Source: Octopus bimaculoides (Eukaryota). From it: a stretch of DNA of 64,000 nt. Each line of letters opens with the position of its first letter. Within the stretch, counting starts at the first letter, position 1. Shown here in pieces: positions 25,589 through 38,429 of the stretch. The DNA lies in NCBI RefSeq assembly GCF_001194135.2, contig NC_068987.1, forward strand, positions 64,993,751-65,057,750, written 5' to 3'. A program made the translations under genes and the position numbers. A model generated the notes under the pieces. That model worked only from the letters and a program-made list of their open reading frames with translations. It had not been told where the DNA came from and ran no database searches.

Positions 25589-25803
25589 CAAGAGGGTGCT
25601 GGAAAGTTCCTGGCTTTGGGTAAAAGAAGATACAGAAAAATCAGTTAATTATATTTTGTTCAACATATTTCCCTCTCAGATTCACACACTTATTGCAGTG
25701 GTCCTTCAGTTTTTGTAAGCCCTGTAAAAGAATTTGGAAGGTTGGACTCCATCCAAGCCTTTCGCAATACCCTTAAAGCCAGGAGCTTTTCAGCACCCTT
25801 TTG
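25589..25803. mobile_element. Tc1/mariner-type MITE (215 bp)
   Basis: TA flanks at 25587-88 and 25804-05; 29-bp TIR CAAGAGGGTGCTGGAAAGTTCCTGGCTTT with 26/29 match to the other end. Confidence 0.88.
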
Positions 25804-26701
25804 TATATATGTGCTTGTGTACGTGTTACATGTATACATGAATATGTACATATGTTAGCACATGTGTATGCTTGTGTGTTGTGTATGCAGATATTTAGGT
25901 GTATATGTAATTATATCTTTATGGCAATACATCTAAATCTAACAAAGTTTTGGATCCCACCTCTCCTCAACTAGTACAGGATATATAAAAACATGACAAC
26001 GGACACACCCATTATGTTAATGGTTATTTGTAGTAATTTGTTGCTTTTCATTCAAGTTCTTTTAAATATTAAGTCAACTGGTGGAAAACTTCCTGCTATG
26101 TATGATATGCAATCACTCAAACTTCATTTTAGATTTAAAAAATGGACATAAAATTCTTCTGCCCATTCACTGAATACTCGTATTTTTTTAGTTGATGCTG
26201 ATGCTAGAAAGATGTGGGGGACAGAAACTTACAACATAGAGGACAACTGGGGAGTTTCTATGAGATAACTTGCAGAGAGCTGCTGAACAGATCTGTGGCT
26301 GGTACAAATCCCTGGCAAGGAAAGTGAATGGTGATGGAATAACAGCTAAAAGACAAGCTATTGCTTACTGATGTTTCAGTAGAATGGTGCCATCTGACAA
26401 TTTGATAGGAGCTATAGAAAAATTCTGTGTCTTTATATCAAAAAATATACATGTTCTACTTGTCTTAATGCATTTGAAGGAGTTTATAGATATTTGGGCT
26501 GCTTAGGTTGCTGCAATTAAGTTTGTTGATGTTTATACTCTCAAATGTTCTAAGTATTCACTTCCATTCCAACCATTCTCAGTTCCATGTTATGGTCTGT
26601 CCAGTACTGAGTTTCTCTCAATTTACAGGTGAATATTACATCTATGAGATCTATCTGTCTAGCCATGCTGAAGTCAATGAGATGACATTTTTTTTTATTT
26701 G

Positions 26702-26955
26702 GTAGCATTCCCAAATAATCTGGTGTCTATCACTATCGATTAAGTGAACATAACTGATCAAAAATAAGAGATTCAGTTTAGACATGCAAAAAATGCTTGC
26801 AGCAGATTTGACCAAATGGCTTAAATATTCCAACAGCTTTTTGCCTTGACCGTCCAAACTCTACCAAGTAAAGATAAAAGTCCGAATCTCTTATTTTTGA
26901 TTTGTTTGTTCACTAAGTTCTTGGGAAAAGGTACCAGATCATTTGGGAATGTTAC
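26702..26955. mobile_element. Fold-back MITE with about 77-bp imperfect inverted arms
   Basis: gtagcattcccaaataatctggt..atcaaaaataagagattc versus gaatctcttatttttgat..accagatcatttgggaatgttac. Confidence 0.75.
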
Positions 26956-28136
26956 TTGAGATGAACTAGCATTCTATCCAGGAAAATTATCTATCTACTT
27001 AATGTTATGAAACTGTAGCTAAGTGTTTACATATAATTTCACCTAATATTTCCAAAACTATCTTTTCTGCTTTCTGAGATATGCAGGTTAACAATTCTAA
27101 TGTTGGTATGTCATAGGGGGAAGGAGTGAGAGAAAGAGAGAGAGAGAGAGAGAGATCAACTGGTGATACTGATTGACCACAGTTTAAATTCCACTAGGTT
27201 ATAACACAAAATATTGTGAGGTGTTATGTTTTGGATTTTTCACATATTACTCTCATAACTTTTTGATAAAAATGTCTAGAGGTAAATCTTGATGTGTAAA
27301 ATGAATAACTGTAGTGCTGAAAAATTATCTAGTTATTAGAATGAAGAAATGCAGGAGGGAAGAAAGTTGCTGGTGTATTGGAGTGGGATGTTTTTGCAAT
27401 ATTTAAGTCTTAAGGTGAAAATGTATGCTGCGAAAGTAAAGCAAAAATGCTGTGATTTGCTCTGTGGTAGTATCTAGAAAGTGTGTGCATATTTATGTAG
27501 ATCAGGAGACTTGAAATAATTACAATATCATGTGAGGGAGCTCCTACTGAGAGAAAAATCAATAAAGGACAGTAACTATGTATATTTATCTAATTTTTTT
27601 TTCAGTGTTTCTTGTAACATTTTTTTGTACATTAATATGGTTTTAATAAATCTATACATTTGCATGAGTGCTTGGAGCAGGTATTTTACTTCTTAATGTA
27701 CTTTGAAACTTTTACATATTTAGGATGTAGAGTATATCAGTCTGTGATACTAAGGTTGTATAGCTTCAGTCAGCTCTGACACTTTAAGTTCAAAATATCT
27801 ATAACACTGAAACGGATAATTAAGTACTTGGGATAGATAATAATGCTTACTTTCAAAGATAGGAGTAAATATATGTCTTGCTTCAGACCAGACTACTGTA
27901 TGATTATTATAAAGCTTTAAAACACTTGCTCAAGTACATATTTCTTTTCAGTACTTTTACCAAATTATCACTTTATCATGAATGATCTTCAATTGAATCA
28001 ATGCTATTGTTCCCCACCCTACTTCTTTTACTTCTGTCTCAGCCAACCAATAATATAAGATATAAACACAATGTCCACGTATTTTGTTTTAATATTTGAC
28101 AGTTACTATTGATTATAAATATTGAATTCAAATTTC

Positions 28137-28310
28137 GGCACTAGGCCAATAATTTTGAGGGAGGGGGTAAGTTGATTACATTGACCTCAGTGCTCATCTG
28201 CCACTTATTTTATTGGCCCTGAAAGGATGAAAGGCAAAGTCAACCTTCATGGAATTTGAACTCAAAATGTAAAGACAGATGAAATACTGCAAAGTGTTTT
28301 GACTATGATT
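28137..28310 (-). mobile_element. SINE family C
   Basis: ggcactaggccaataattttgagggagggggtaagttgattac..gaaaggatgaaaggcaaagtcaac..atttgaactc. Confidence 0.85.
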
Positions 28311-28394
28311 ATGAATATAACATTAGTTCATTATAACAGTCACTCTATAAGCAGGTATATCATATAATTTGTTTCATTCATTTGTTTGTTTTAC

Positions 28395-28500
28395 ATCTGT
28401 TTTTCCATGTAAGCATGGGTTGGATGGTTACTTATTGAGGTATTGTTTTACAACTGGATTCCTTTCCTATTGCTAACACTCACACAATTTTCAAGCAGGA
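28395..28500 (-). mobile_element. RTE tail fragment (family B)
   Basis: catctgtttttccatgtaagcatgggttggatgg..ctggattcctttcctattgctaac. Confidence 0.65.
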
Positions 28501-29892
28501 AGTAGAATGTAAACATTCACTTAGACACACATGCATGTACTCTTTCTCTCTCTCTCTCTCTCTCTCTCACTCACACATACACACACAATGGGCTTCTGTG
28601 CAACTTCCACTTGCAAATATGCATGAAAATGAGTTACATATCAATTATATAATTTTAATAAGCCTTGACTTTCCATTTAAATTTAAGTGAAGGTAGGGAT
28701 TTGAAATTAGTGACAGGAATACAATGAAATAAAAAAGAAACAGAGTAGGAAAAAGTTACTTCCTAGTTATTTATATGTGAAAACATACAGGCCAAGTCAA
28801 CAATGTTAGTTCATCGGGCTGAAATATCAATATTTCATATCCTGTCTCTTTCTAAGGCTCTTAACTTTTAACTGGTACAGCTCATATAATTCTATAAGGG
28901 AATTATAGCTAGGGTACAACTTGGTGTAAATTGGAGAAGCATTGTATTAGAGAATTGCTTCATTGATTCTTTTTCATTACTGTGCTCAACTCCTTTCATT
29001 GATATAGTTTATGCAGGCACTCTTTCTCTCTCTCTCTCTCTCTCTCTCAGTATCAATAATTAGCTACCCATTGGTAATGGATGCATCTGATTAGAAAAAC
29101 TCAAGCAATTGACTCTGTTGTGTGAATTAAATGCTGATTGATTGAATGATTGATGATAATAAAAATATAGTAAAGTAAATAGAATTTATTACGGAAGTTA
29201 GATTCTATAAAGTAATTGAATTCCAAAAGCTTTTAGAATGATGAAATTTGTCTATATATTTCAATATGGTTGCATTATACTGGAAATGAATTGACTTTTC
29301 CATTCATGTTGTAAATTATGTTTGAAGGTTGTTTGACATGGTTGATGCCACCTCCCATTAGTATTGTTTGCTTGATATTCCATCAGAAAAATTGGAAAAA
29401 AATCTCTTTGTTTTTGTTTGTCAAGGCCTACTAGTTACAGTTAGTTAACAAATGTGCTATTGATGTTATTTATCAAAAATGTGCTACTGATGTTATTATC
29501 AAAAATGCAGTATGAGCAAATTCGATTTTCAGATTTTAGTAAAGTTTAAATATTAATTCTACTGTTTTATCTCCATTTTTTTCCATTTAAAAAAAAAGAT
29601 TCATTAATTTTTTATATTCCTTTCATACTGCTAAAAGACAAGCAATTAGAAGCAGAGTTATCAGATTTAGTCTGAGGATTTGTTTTATTAATTATTATTA
29701 TTATTGTTTGTTTTCTTAAATTTTACATCACAATTAGTGAACAAGGTCATTGGTTACTGATTTCCAGTTTACCAATCACTGGTTCACTGTATTTCTAAAG
29801 GTGAGTGACCAGGGACTGTCTAACTTAATGTAAGGACTTGTGGTTGGTTTTTTTCTCAACAAAATTTTTATCCTCTGTGTGTGTGGGTATGT

Positions 29893-30045
29893 ATGTGTGT
29901 GTTAGGTGGTTGGTGCTAGGAAGGGCATCCAGCCATAAAGACCCTATCAAAACAGACAGTGAAGCCTGGTGCAGTCTTCTGCTGAGCCAGCCCCTGTCAA
30001 ACTGTCCAACGCATGCCAGTATGGAAAATGGATGTTAAATGACGA
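29893..30045 (+). mobile_element. RTE tail fragment (family B)
   Basis: ggttggtgctaggaagggcatccagcc..ccaacgcatgccagtatggaaaatggatgttaaatgacga. Confidence 0.8.
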
Positions 30046-30338
30046 TATATATAACACATGCACACACACACTATATAGGAGTAAAAAAATTACACAGAAG
30101 GATGACAAAAGAACGCATGGTAAAATCATGGATAATGGACATGCTTATCCCTCATCAGTTATTAATAAAAAATCATAATTTCACACCATTCTTGATAAGA
30201 TTGTTTACTTTGGTGATACGAACAACAAACGGTGCTAGAATAAGTGAGTGGACATAAAGGACGGTGATGAAAGCATAAATAAGCGATAAACAGTGACAGA
30301 ATAAGGACAAGACATAATGGAAAATAACAGAAGTAGTT

Positions 30339-30379
<41 letters not shown>

Positions 30380-30647
30380 GCCTTTTGGCTGTGAGACAGC
30401 TTGAGATATGTGCAGAAGTAATGGAAAATGCCCTATAGGACTTGGAAAGGAAAGTAGAGATGTGTGTGTGTTCATGTTAGTTTTTATTTCAAGCTATGAA
30501 TAAAAACAGTTCAACATTAAACTAAAAGATTACTCATTGCTTTTTAGTAGTGTACATGTTTATTAAACCTTTTACATGGAAAAGGTTGACAGTGACATCA
30601 AAGTTTCAACTTGCTTACTTTCATTAAACACTGGCATATGTATGTAT

Positions 30648-30679
<32 letters not shown>

Positions 30680-30899
30680 TGTGAAAAAGAGTCTCTCTCC
30701 CTTGCCACTCTTTTACATTCATACCTCCCATGATACTCTGTTAGCCTCTCCACTATACACAGACCCCCACCCATAATATCCTTATGTATAAGTGTAAAGG
30801 AAATAAAACAAAATATGAAAGTAATATAAGTTCATACAGCTCCAGATAATTGAAATGACCTCATCTCTCTATAATATATCTGTCCATGCATCCACCCAC

Positions 30900-30990
30900 C
30901 TTATCAGCATTTAACACCCACTTTCCATGCTGGCATGGGTTGGACATGGTTTCTACAGCTGAATACACTTCCAACCACTTTGCAGAATAT
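30900..30990 (-). mobile_element. RTE tail fragment (family B)
   Basis: tttccatgctggcatgggttggacatggtttctacagctg. Confidence 0.65.
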
Positions 30991-31195
30991 ATATATATTT
31001 TTTCTATCACATCAACACCAGTGAAATTGCTTTTCAAATGCTAGGCAAAGGGCTAAATGAGTGAAGGAAAATATAAGAGAGAGAGACATAGATAGTGTGT
31101 GTGTGTGTGTGTGATTTTAGGCAGTGATGAGAGAGGGCAAAGTATGATGAGAGGAACAAATTTATAGTTGTGAGTGGTAGTTGAGAGACTATATA

Positions 31196-31264
<69 letters not shown>

Positions 31265-31664
31265 NNNNNNNNNNNNNNNNNNNNNNNNNNNNNNNNNNNN
31301 NNNNNNNNNNNNNNNNNNNNNNNNNNNNNNNNNNNNNNNNNNNNNNNNNNNNNNNNNNNNNNNNNNNNNNNNNNNNNNNNNNNNNNNNNNNNNNNNNNNN
31401 NNNNNNNNNNNNNNNNNNNNNNNNNNNNNNNNNNNNNNNNNNNNNNNNNNNNNNNNNNNNNNNNNNNNNNNNNNNNNNNNNNNNNNNNNNNNNNNNNNNN
31501 NNNNNNNNNNNNNNNNNNNNNNNNNNNNNNNNNNNNNNNNNNNNNNNNNNNNNNNNNNNNNNNNNNNNNNNNNNNNNNNNNNNNNNNNNNNNNNNNNNNN
31601 NNNNNNNNNNNNNNNNNNNNNNNNNNNNNNNNNNNNNNNNNNNNNNNNNNNNNNNNNNNNNNNN

Positions 31665-31895
31665 GACAATTTTCAGAAATACCAACAGAGTCCACTTAAA
31701 TTCCTCTTAACTTCCAGGAAAAATGAATATTTTTTAATGAAATCTTCTATGCTTATATTATTTATTATGTAGATTCCAAATATACAAAAATTTTCGGTGA
31801 AAGTGTTTTGGAATGGGGGTGGGGGACAATTTTCAGAAATACCAACAGAGTCCACTTAAATTCCTCTTAACTTCCAGGAAAAATGAATATTTTTT
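31665..31895. repeat. Direct repeat with 160-bp period next to a gap
   Basis: 71-bp block gacaattttcagaaatacc..gaatatttttt identical at 31665-31735 and 31825-31895. Confidence 0.85.
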
Positions 31896-32699
31896 CGTAA
31901 AATTTTCTACAAATATACCTTGATGTATGTACATTTTCGAGCATGTAGGCATTTTGAAGGTTGCTTTATTAGACCTCGCTGGCATGAGATTATCTGGGAA
32001 AGTTTCCTGAGTTCTAATCCAAAAGGAGATTTCTTTCTCAGCTTCTTAATACTAAAAGAGTAAAGATAAGTTACACCTTGTCACTGAGACTTTTTAAACT
32101 TTATTATCATATTCAGTTGTGGAATGGACCAATCTGAGGGAAATATTGATTAGGGAGTTTGTGTTGATATTTATGTCGTTGTTGTTGAACTGAGCTGTGA
32201 TATTGAAGATGTTGCTTGAATGATTTTGACAGACCCTTGACACTTTTCTCCTAACTTGGCAGATAGAATTAAGTACAGTAATTTATCTTTCTTAAGATTA
32301 AAGCACTGTGTGTGTGAGAGAGATAGATAGAGAAAGAGAGAGAGAGAGAGAGAAAGAGTTAATATTGAAAAATTTGCTTCATGAGTTTATTATTCAATAT
32401 TGTAATTCATTAGCATTGAGGATGATATCATGTGTTTGTATTTTTAAATTGGTTTAATTTGAAAAAAGCAGCTCCCATGACCGTTTTCAGGGCTGCAAAA
32501 ATGAGTGAAATGAAAAGAGAATTTATTCTTAGACATCTTGAACTGTGTTCAGAGAAGAGCCATTCATTGTTTGGCAATCTCTCATTAACAAACACACTTC
32601 AGCCTCTATCCACAGGCATACTGTCCCCTCTCTCTGTCTTTCCTATAGCTGTTATAAAAGTCGTCTTTCTCAGAAATAGTTTTTTCATGCCTTCTCAAT

Positions 32700-32905
32700 T
32701 CAAGCACCCGTTTTATCTCCTCTTATCATTTTATCTCTTCTTATCATCGAAGTTGCATCCACTGTAACCCTGGCCCTGCACTAATAACTATGCTCATGCC
32801 TTGCTGCCCAGAACATTCTCTTTGGAATCTTCTCCCTGCTCATGTCTTTCTTATAAATATTGACCTGCAACAATTTAAATGGAGCATTAATGACATCAAG
32901 CTCAC
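32700..32905 (+). mobile_element. CR1/Jockey-group LINE RT C-terminal remnant
   Basis: KHPFY..., then SLWNLLPAHVFLINIDLQQFKWSINDIKL (from 32817), resembling 'LWN.LP..VFP...DLQ.FK..IN'. Confidence 0.55.
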
Positions 32906-33244
32906 TGGTCTCACTGGACCTACAGAAGCCTTTGGCATTGCCCCTTCTTCTAGGCCTTAGCAAAAGGAAAACAAAACCTCTTTTATTTGAATGATTGCAA
33001 TACACCTGACTTTTTCTAACAGTAGCCAAAGGCCAGATGCAAATAATTTAGCATTATCTTCGTTCACTTTCCCTCAAATGGGTTTACTCTCACTACTGAT
33101 AATTGGTAAGATTCACAAAAAGACATAGCAGTTGATAAACTAAATACCCTAAACTAAATTCCAATTTTCTGGATTCTGTGTTCATATATTTTGCTGTAAT
33201 GAATTGCACTGTAAAGGATTTTGGGGCTGTTTTTGTTCTTGCAT

Positions 33245-33362
33245 GTCTTTGGTCAACCCAGGGCTATAGTAGAAATCACTTGCACAAGGTGCCAAGTGTG
33301 CAGTGTGACTGAACCTGGAACCATGTGGTCTGAAAGCAAACTTCTTACTATACAACCACACT
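33245..33362 (-). mobile_element. SINE family A head
   Basis: gggctatagtagaaatcacttgcacaaggtgcc..gactgaacctggaaccatgtgg..aaacttcttac. Confidence 0.8.
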
Positions 33363-34754
33363 TGATATATTTGATAGGAACAGGTTGAATCTGTTCATGC
33401 CTTGCATTTAGAAGTCAACATCATTGTATATTTTAGATGATTTTGAATTGTAAGGTTCTTAGCTGTATATTGAGATTTGAAATCTCAATTGTATGGTTTT
33501 TCAGTAGATGATGAGTTTCCAATCTATTAAACACAATCTTTAGGTTGTGTATATATAATTTACACTATATTGATTTTATCTTCAAACATCATCAGTTTTA
33601 TTCCCAAATATGTACCTTTGTCATGTATACATGAATTCAAAGTAGGAATCTTTATTTCTCAAAGAAAGGTATCACCATCTATATCTATTGAGTCATCTGT
33701 AAGATGCTCATAAATGCTGCTAGTTTGAATCTTGCCTGAAACAAGTGTACATTTGGAGATAGGGCACCTGATGACAATCAGAGATTGAACTAGTTGAAAT
33801 ATAAAGTCACTTATAAATATACATTCTAACGATGAATAGACTGGATAATTGTCATTTTAATAACAATAAATCATTCCATATTAAATGTTTATAAATATTT
33901 ATCAAACAATTTCCTAATATTAGATAATTATTAAATCTTTTTTTTCCTACTCCTGATTCGGAGTTAAATCTCTCAAAATTCTTCTAAGTACTTTTATATT
34001 CAATAATAGCTTTTATGGACATTTATTTCTTGTTTTTTTTTTACTAGACCTTTTTTTGCATTGTTTTTTTTTTTTCCTTTCCTGCCTAACAATTGCTTTA
34101 TAATTAGATTCCATAGTTAAACATCTTGTATTTGTGTTACACTCATTATTACTGTTTGTTTATATTCAAACAGCGGATGAGCAGGATTAAACCTGATAGA
34201 TTTTAGTACAAGCTACAACATGTAGAACTTAATACACATTCCGATTACAGAGATTGAATTTGCTTCATTGACTTGTATTCTACATATTGATGCAATCTCA
34301 AAGTTCTAAAATAAAATACCTGTAAGTTAAAGCACTTAAAATTATGTCACAGTGTTTCTGTAGATTAAGAACACATCATTTTTGAATATTTTGTTTAGAT
34401 ATCTTTTAATTATGAGATGGATGAAAATACTGCTTTTCATTTTGCTTTTATCAAATTTGGAAAAACAGTAGATTGCAAGATATGCAAGTGCTTGAATATT
34501 TTTCTCTATTTCAATATTCTTTGGCTATTTCTATTATTTTGAAAAACTATTTAAGGATTTTCTTTTTTAATTTTTATGAAGTAAAAAAAACCTAGACTTT
34601 AATTAGTTAGCGCTTATTTATCAGTATGTAAAAGCTGACTAGTTATGTATGCTATTTTTTATTACTTGTATTTCCAACATATTTTATCAATGATTCCAAT
34701 TTCTGACTCTTTACATTCTAACTTCAATTCCCACAAAGGTGTTGACAAAATAAA

Positions 34755-34835
34755 GTACCAGTTAATTACTAGGGTCAATGCTATTGACTAATCCCCTTCC
34801 CTCAAAATTGCTGGCCTTGTTCCTAATTCAGAAAC
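34755..34835 (+). mobile_element. SINE family C 3' part
   Basis: aaagtaccagtt..ggggtcaat..cccctcaaaattgctggccttgttcctaa. Confidence 0.65.
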
Positions 34836-35484
34836 AGTTTTTATTAATTCAGTTTTATCTGCAGGAAGTATCTTGACTTTATTCTGCTGAAAGAGATAGC
34901 TACCTTCTTCCTTGTTTCTTATTCACTGCTGTTTTCTGTAATATATTGTTGTGTGTTAGGGACCTTATTCCACTTTTAAAGGTGCTAATTGGTTGTGATA
35001 TCTCTTTGTGCTGTGAAAAAGCTTATAGGAAGGATAGAGTTTAATCTTATCACTACAAAATAACAAAGCAGCCATTCATTGTACAGTACTCCCACTGTTT
35101 ACATCATTCATTTACACCTCTGTGGCTAGGTCCTGAAAAATTAAGCATTTTCAGTAACAAGGTAAGAATCATGACTATTTTGGATAGTCTGCCAATACAT
35201 CCTATTGGTTATTTGTTTTTATCGTAACATCCCTCTATTATGAACATGTTAAACAGTTGAGTTCTCTTGTTATTTGTCCCATATTCTTTAATTAGTTGAT
35301 TCAGTGGTTGAGATAACTGTTCAGTGTTCACATTCTATTGATGGGTTGATAAACCAGTATTCACCCAAATCAGTTTAATTCATTCTATAACTACTAGTCT
35401 TTTGGTTTAAAAGAAATCGCTGTTGCTGTCAAGCTCTCGTTCAGTCCTAATTGAGTAGGCATAGGATCAAAGAAATTACACACA

Positions 35485-35638
35485 CACGGCAAGCTTCCAT
35501 GCAATTTCTGTCTACCATTTCCATTCAGTGGCATTGGCTGGTTTGCGCTATAGTACTCACCTCTAGTGCCACATAGTGCAACAGAAGCCAAAACCACATA
35601 GTTACAAAGCAAACACTGTATCCCAACAGCCATGCCTG
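35485..35638 (-). mobile_element. SINE family A head, old
   Basis: gcttccatgcaatttctgtctacc..gctatagta..gtgccacatagtgc..aaaccacatagttacaaagc..cagccatgcctg. Confidence 0.6.
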
Positions 35639-35698
35639 GTTTAATAGCAAGGCAAGACATAGACAATTGGATGATGGACCAAATTGTTATGGTATATA

Positions 35699-35922
35699 TG
35701 AGGGGGTGCTGAAAAGTTTGTGACTTTAATGGTATCACAAAAGGTCTGGTTGGAGGCTCCAACCTTCTGAGTTTTTTTACAGGTTTTAAAAAAACTGAAT
35801 GACCAAAAGGCCACTGCAATAAGTGTGTGAATCTGAGAGGGGAATATTTTGAATAAATCATAATTGACTGATCCTCCTGTATTTTCTTTTACCTGAAGCT
35901 AGGAACTTTTCAGCCCCCCTCG
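35699..35922. mobile_element. Tc1/mariner-type MITE, same family as 25589-25803, opposite orientation
   Basis: TA followed by tgagggggtgctgaaaagtt ... aggaacttttcagcccccctcg followed by TA; interior is the reverse complement of the first copy. Confidence 0.88.
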
Positions 35923-36636
35923 TATTTCTGATGACTAACTGGACTGAGGTAATATAAAGTAGAATCATTTCACCTTAAATTAAATGAATCACTACCAGCA
36001 GATTTGAGTTTCTGAGCCATGAGCAGTTAGTCTGGTGTCTACTGGTTTTGAGGTGTAAAATGTGCCCGAGGGAGTTGAAGAACTTTGAACTTTAATTCTA
36101 AGTGGTGTTAAATCACTTCTGTCCTTGTTTTTTCAACCGATAGACTACTTTATGGTACCTCATTTCTTCATTTCATTTTATTTTACTATATCGACTTATA
36201 TTATATTATATTATTATATAAGTTATTTGATATTTTTACTCCTTCCGTATTAATTTTTATTCGTATTAATTTTAACTTTTTTAACTTCTATGAAATGATA
36301 TTCACGTGTATTGTATTATACCTTTAACTCAATTTTTTTCAGTTCCATGTTATCGGTTGAAACAATATATTCGTGTATAAAAATTTTATACTATATGCTA
36401 TATTTTAATTTATTTATTATTTCTTCTTGCGTTATTTCTTCTTGCGTTATTTCTTCTTATTCCTTATGTTTGACGGATTATGTTGTATTTCTTATATATG
36501 TTCATTGACGGGGTGTGATATGTTGAGTCGTTAACCCAGTCTTTTTATTCTATAACTAATATTTTACGCTTGTCTCAGTTATTCTGAGCACTTCTCCTTG
36601 CAGCCCAATCTTTTTATTCTTTAACTAATATTTTTA

Positions 36637-36669
<33 letters not shown>

Positions 36670-38429
36670 NNNNNNNNNNNNNNNNNNNNNNNNNNNNNNN
36701 NNNNNNNNNNNNNNNNNNNNNNNNNNNNNNNNNNNNNNNNNNNNNNNNNNNNNNNNNNNNNNNNNNNNNNNNNNNNNNNNNNNNNNNNNNNNNNNNNNNN
36801 NNNNNNNNNNNNNNNNNNNNNNNNNNNNNNNNNNNNNNNNNNNNNNNNNNNNNNNNNNNNNNNNNNNNNNNNNNNNNNNNNNNNNNNNNNNNNNNNNNNN
36901 NNNNNNNNNNNNNNNNNNNNNNNNNNNNNNNNNNNNNNNNNNNNNNNNNNNNNNNNNNNNNNNNNNNNNNNNNNNNNNNNNNNNNNNNNNNNNNNNNNNN
37001 NNNNNNNNNNNNNNNNNNNNNNNNNNNNNNNNNNNNNNNNNNNNNNNNNNNNNNNNNNNNNNNNNNNNNNNNNNNNNNNNNNNNNNNNNNNNNNNNNNNN
37101 NNNNNNNNNNNNNNNNNNNNNNNNNNNNNNNNNNNNNNNNNNNNNNNNNNNNNNNNNNNNNNNNNNNNNNNNNNNNNNNNNNNNNNNNNNNNNNNNNNNN
37201 NNNATATATATATTACATATTAAGTGTCTGAAATGTTTGATAAAAAAAAAGTCTTGCTCAAAAGATTTCATTTGCAAAACATGAATGACATGTGACAGCT
37301 GAAGGTAAAATTTTGATTTTGTCATTCTCTTTCCTCTCTCCTGTAGGTTCTAATGGCTTTTCTTGCCTCACAGCTTTAAAAAGTCATCCTTGTTGGAAAG
37401 TTATTCGATTGATGTGATAGCTGCTGAAAGACAGATTCACTATGGCACTGTGAAACAGCTATTTCGGGGATGACTACCTTCATTCTAAATCAGCTATTAT
37501 AAAGCCAAATTAATTTCTACAGTTGCTTATTCATTTTACTCTACTGGAATCATAGATTAAGTAGATTTTGCAGTTCACCATATTTCCATATTGTTGTTTG
37601 TAATAAGTATTTTTACAACTGAATGCCTTTTCTCAATGCTAATGATCGACTGATTACAACCTCACATAGGTTCTACTTCTACATCACAGTACAGACAGAT
37701 TGGCATACGCAGGGTATTAATATGAATTTCCCAAGATACATCATAACAATGGATATAAATTATAATCTTTGATATAGTAACTGCTTTAGTTTGTTTTGTC
37801 TGTCTCAATCAGGGCCATGCTGGAGCATTAGTGGTATAATTTTATCTTATTTAGCCATATTGTTTTGTGAGAGGAGTGGTGATGATGGTCGGAATTTGAT
37901 ATCATTATAGTGTCAAGTAAAAACAAGCTAATGTTGAACTGCATTAGATAAGACTGTATGTGCAGGTGGCAGAAAGATGATTTAACTTATCCCTCTTTTA
38001 CTACTGTAGTATTGTCTTCTAATGTAGGGCAGTGTAGCTTTTGAAGCAATTTACTTTATATTTAACTGTAAATGGGTCTGCTGCTCTTTTCTATTTCAAA
38101 TTGGTGCTTCTAATTTATTGCTTAGTATCACTCATATTAAAATCTTAATTAAACTTAGTATGAACTACATTGTCATCTAGAAACTTGAGATTCTTCGATA
38201 GTCTGACCTGTAGTATTGATCTAGTATGCTTTAAAAAAGCATCTTTCACTATTAGTCTATCATGAAATGTTATGGTTGTGTTGATTAAAGTGTTGCATGT
38301 ATCTAAAGCCCAGTCTTTTCTTCCTTTTTCTTATTTTGCTATATGTCTGAGAGTATAGGGAGAATGTAGTTGAATGGCCTGTGAGATTCTTGCAGTTTAG
38401 CTATCTCACTGTCTCTGTGGAGTTAGGAC

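Noticed and set aside
30125-30160. Minus-strand CTGATGA followed by a GGATAA/TTATCC stem
   Set aside because: No GAAA follows the stem and there is no stem I, so it does not meet even the degenerate hammerhead pattern.
31034-31772. Long ORFs of 170-300 aa in the track (also 36621-37325, 49438-50462, 58393-59011, 60679-61328)
   Set aside because: They consist of N gaps and dinucleotide repeats (YIYI, CVCV, THTH) and are not coding evidence.
35394-35861. 155-aa minus ORF
   Set aside because: It spans a mariner MITE and an old SINE head, with no protein-like signal.
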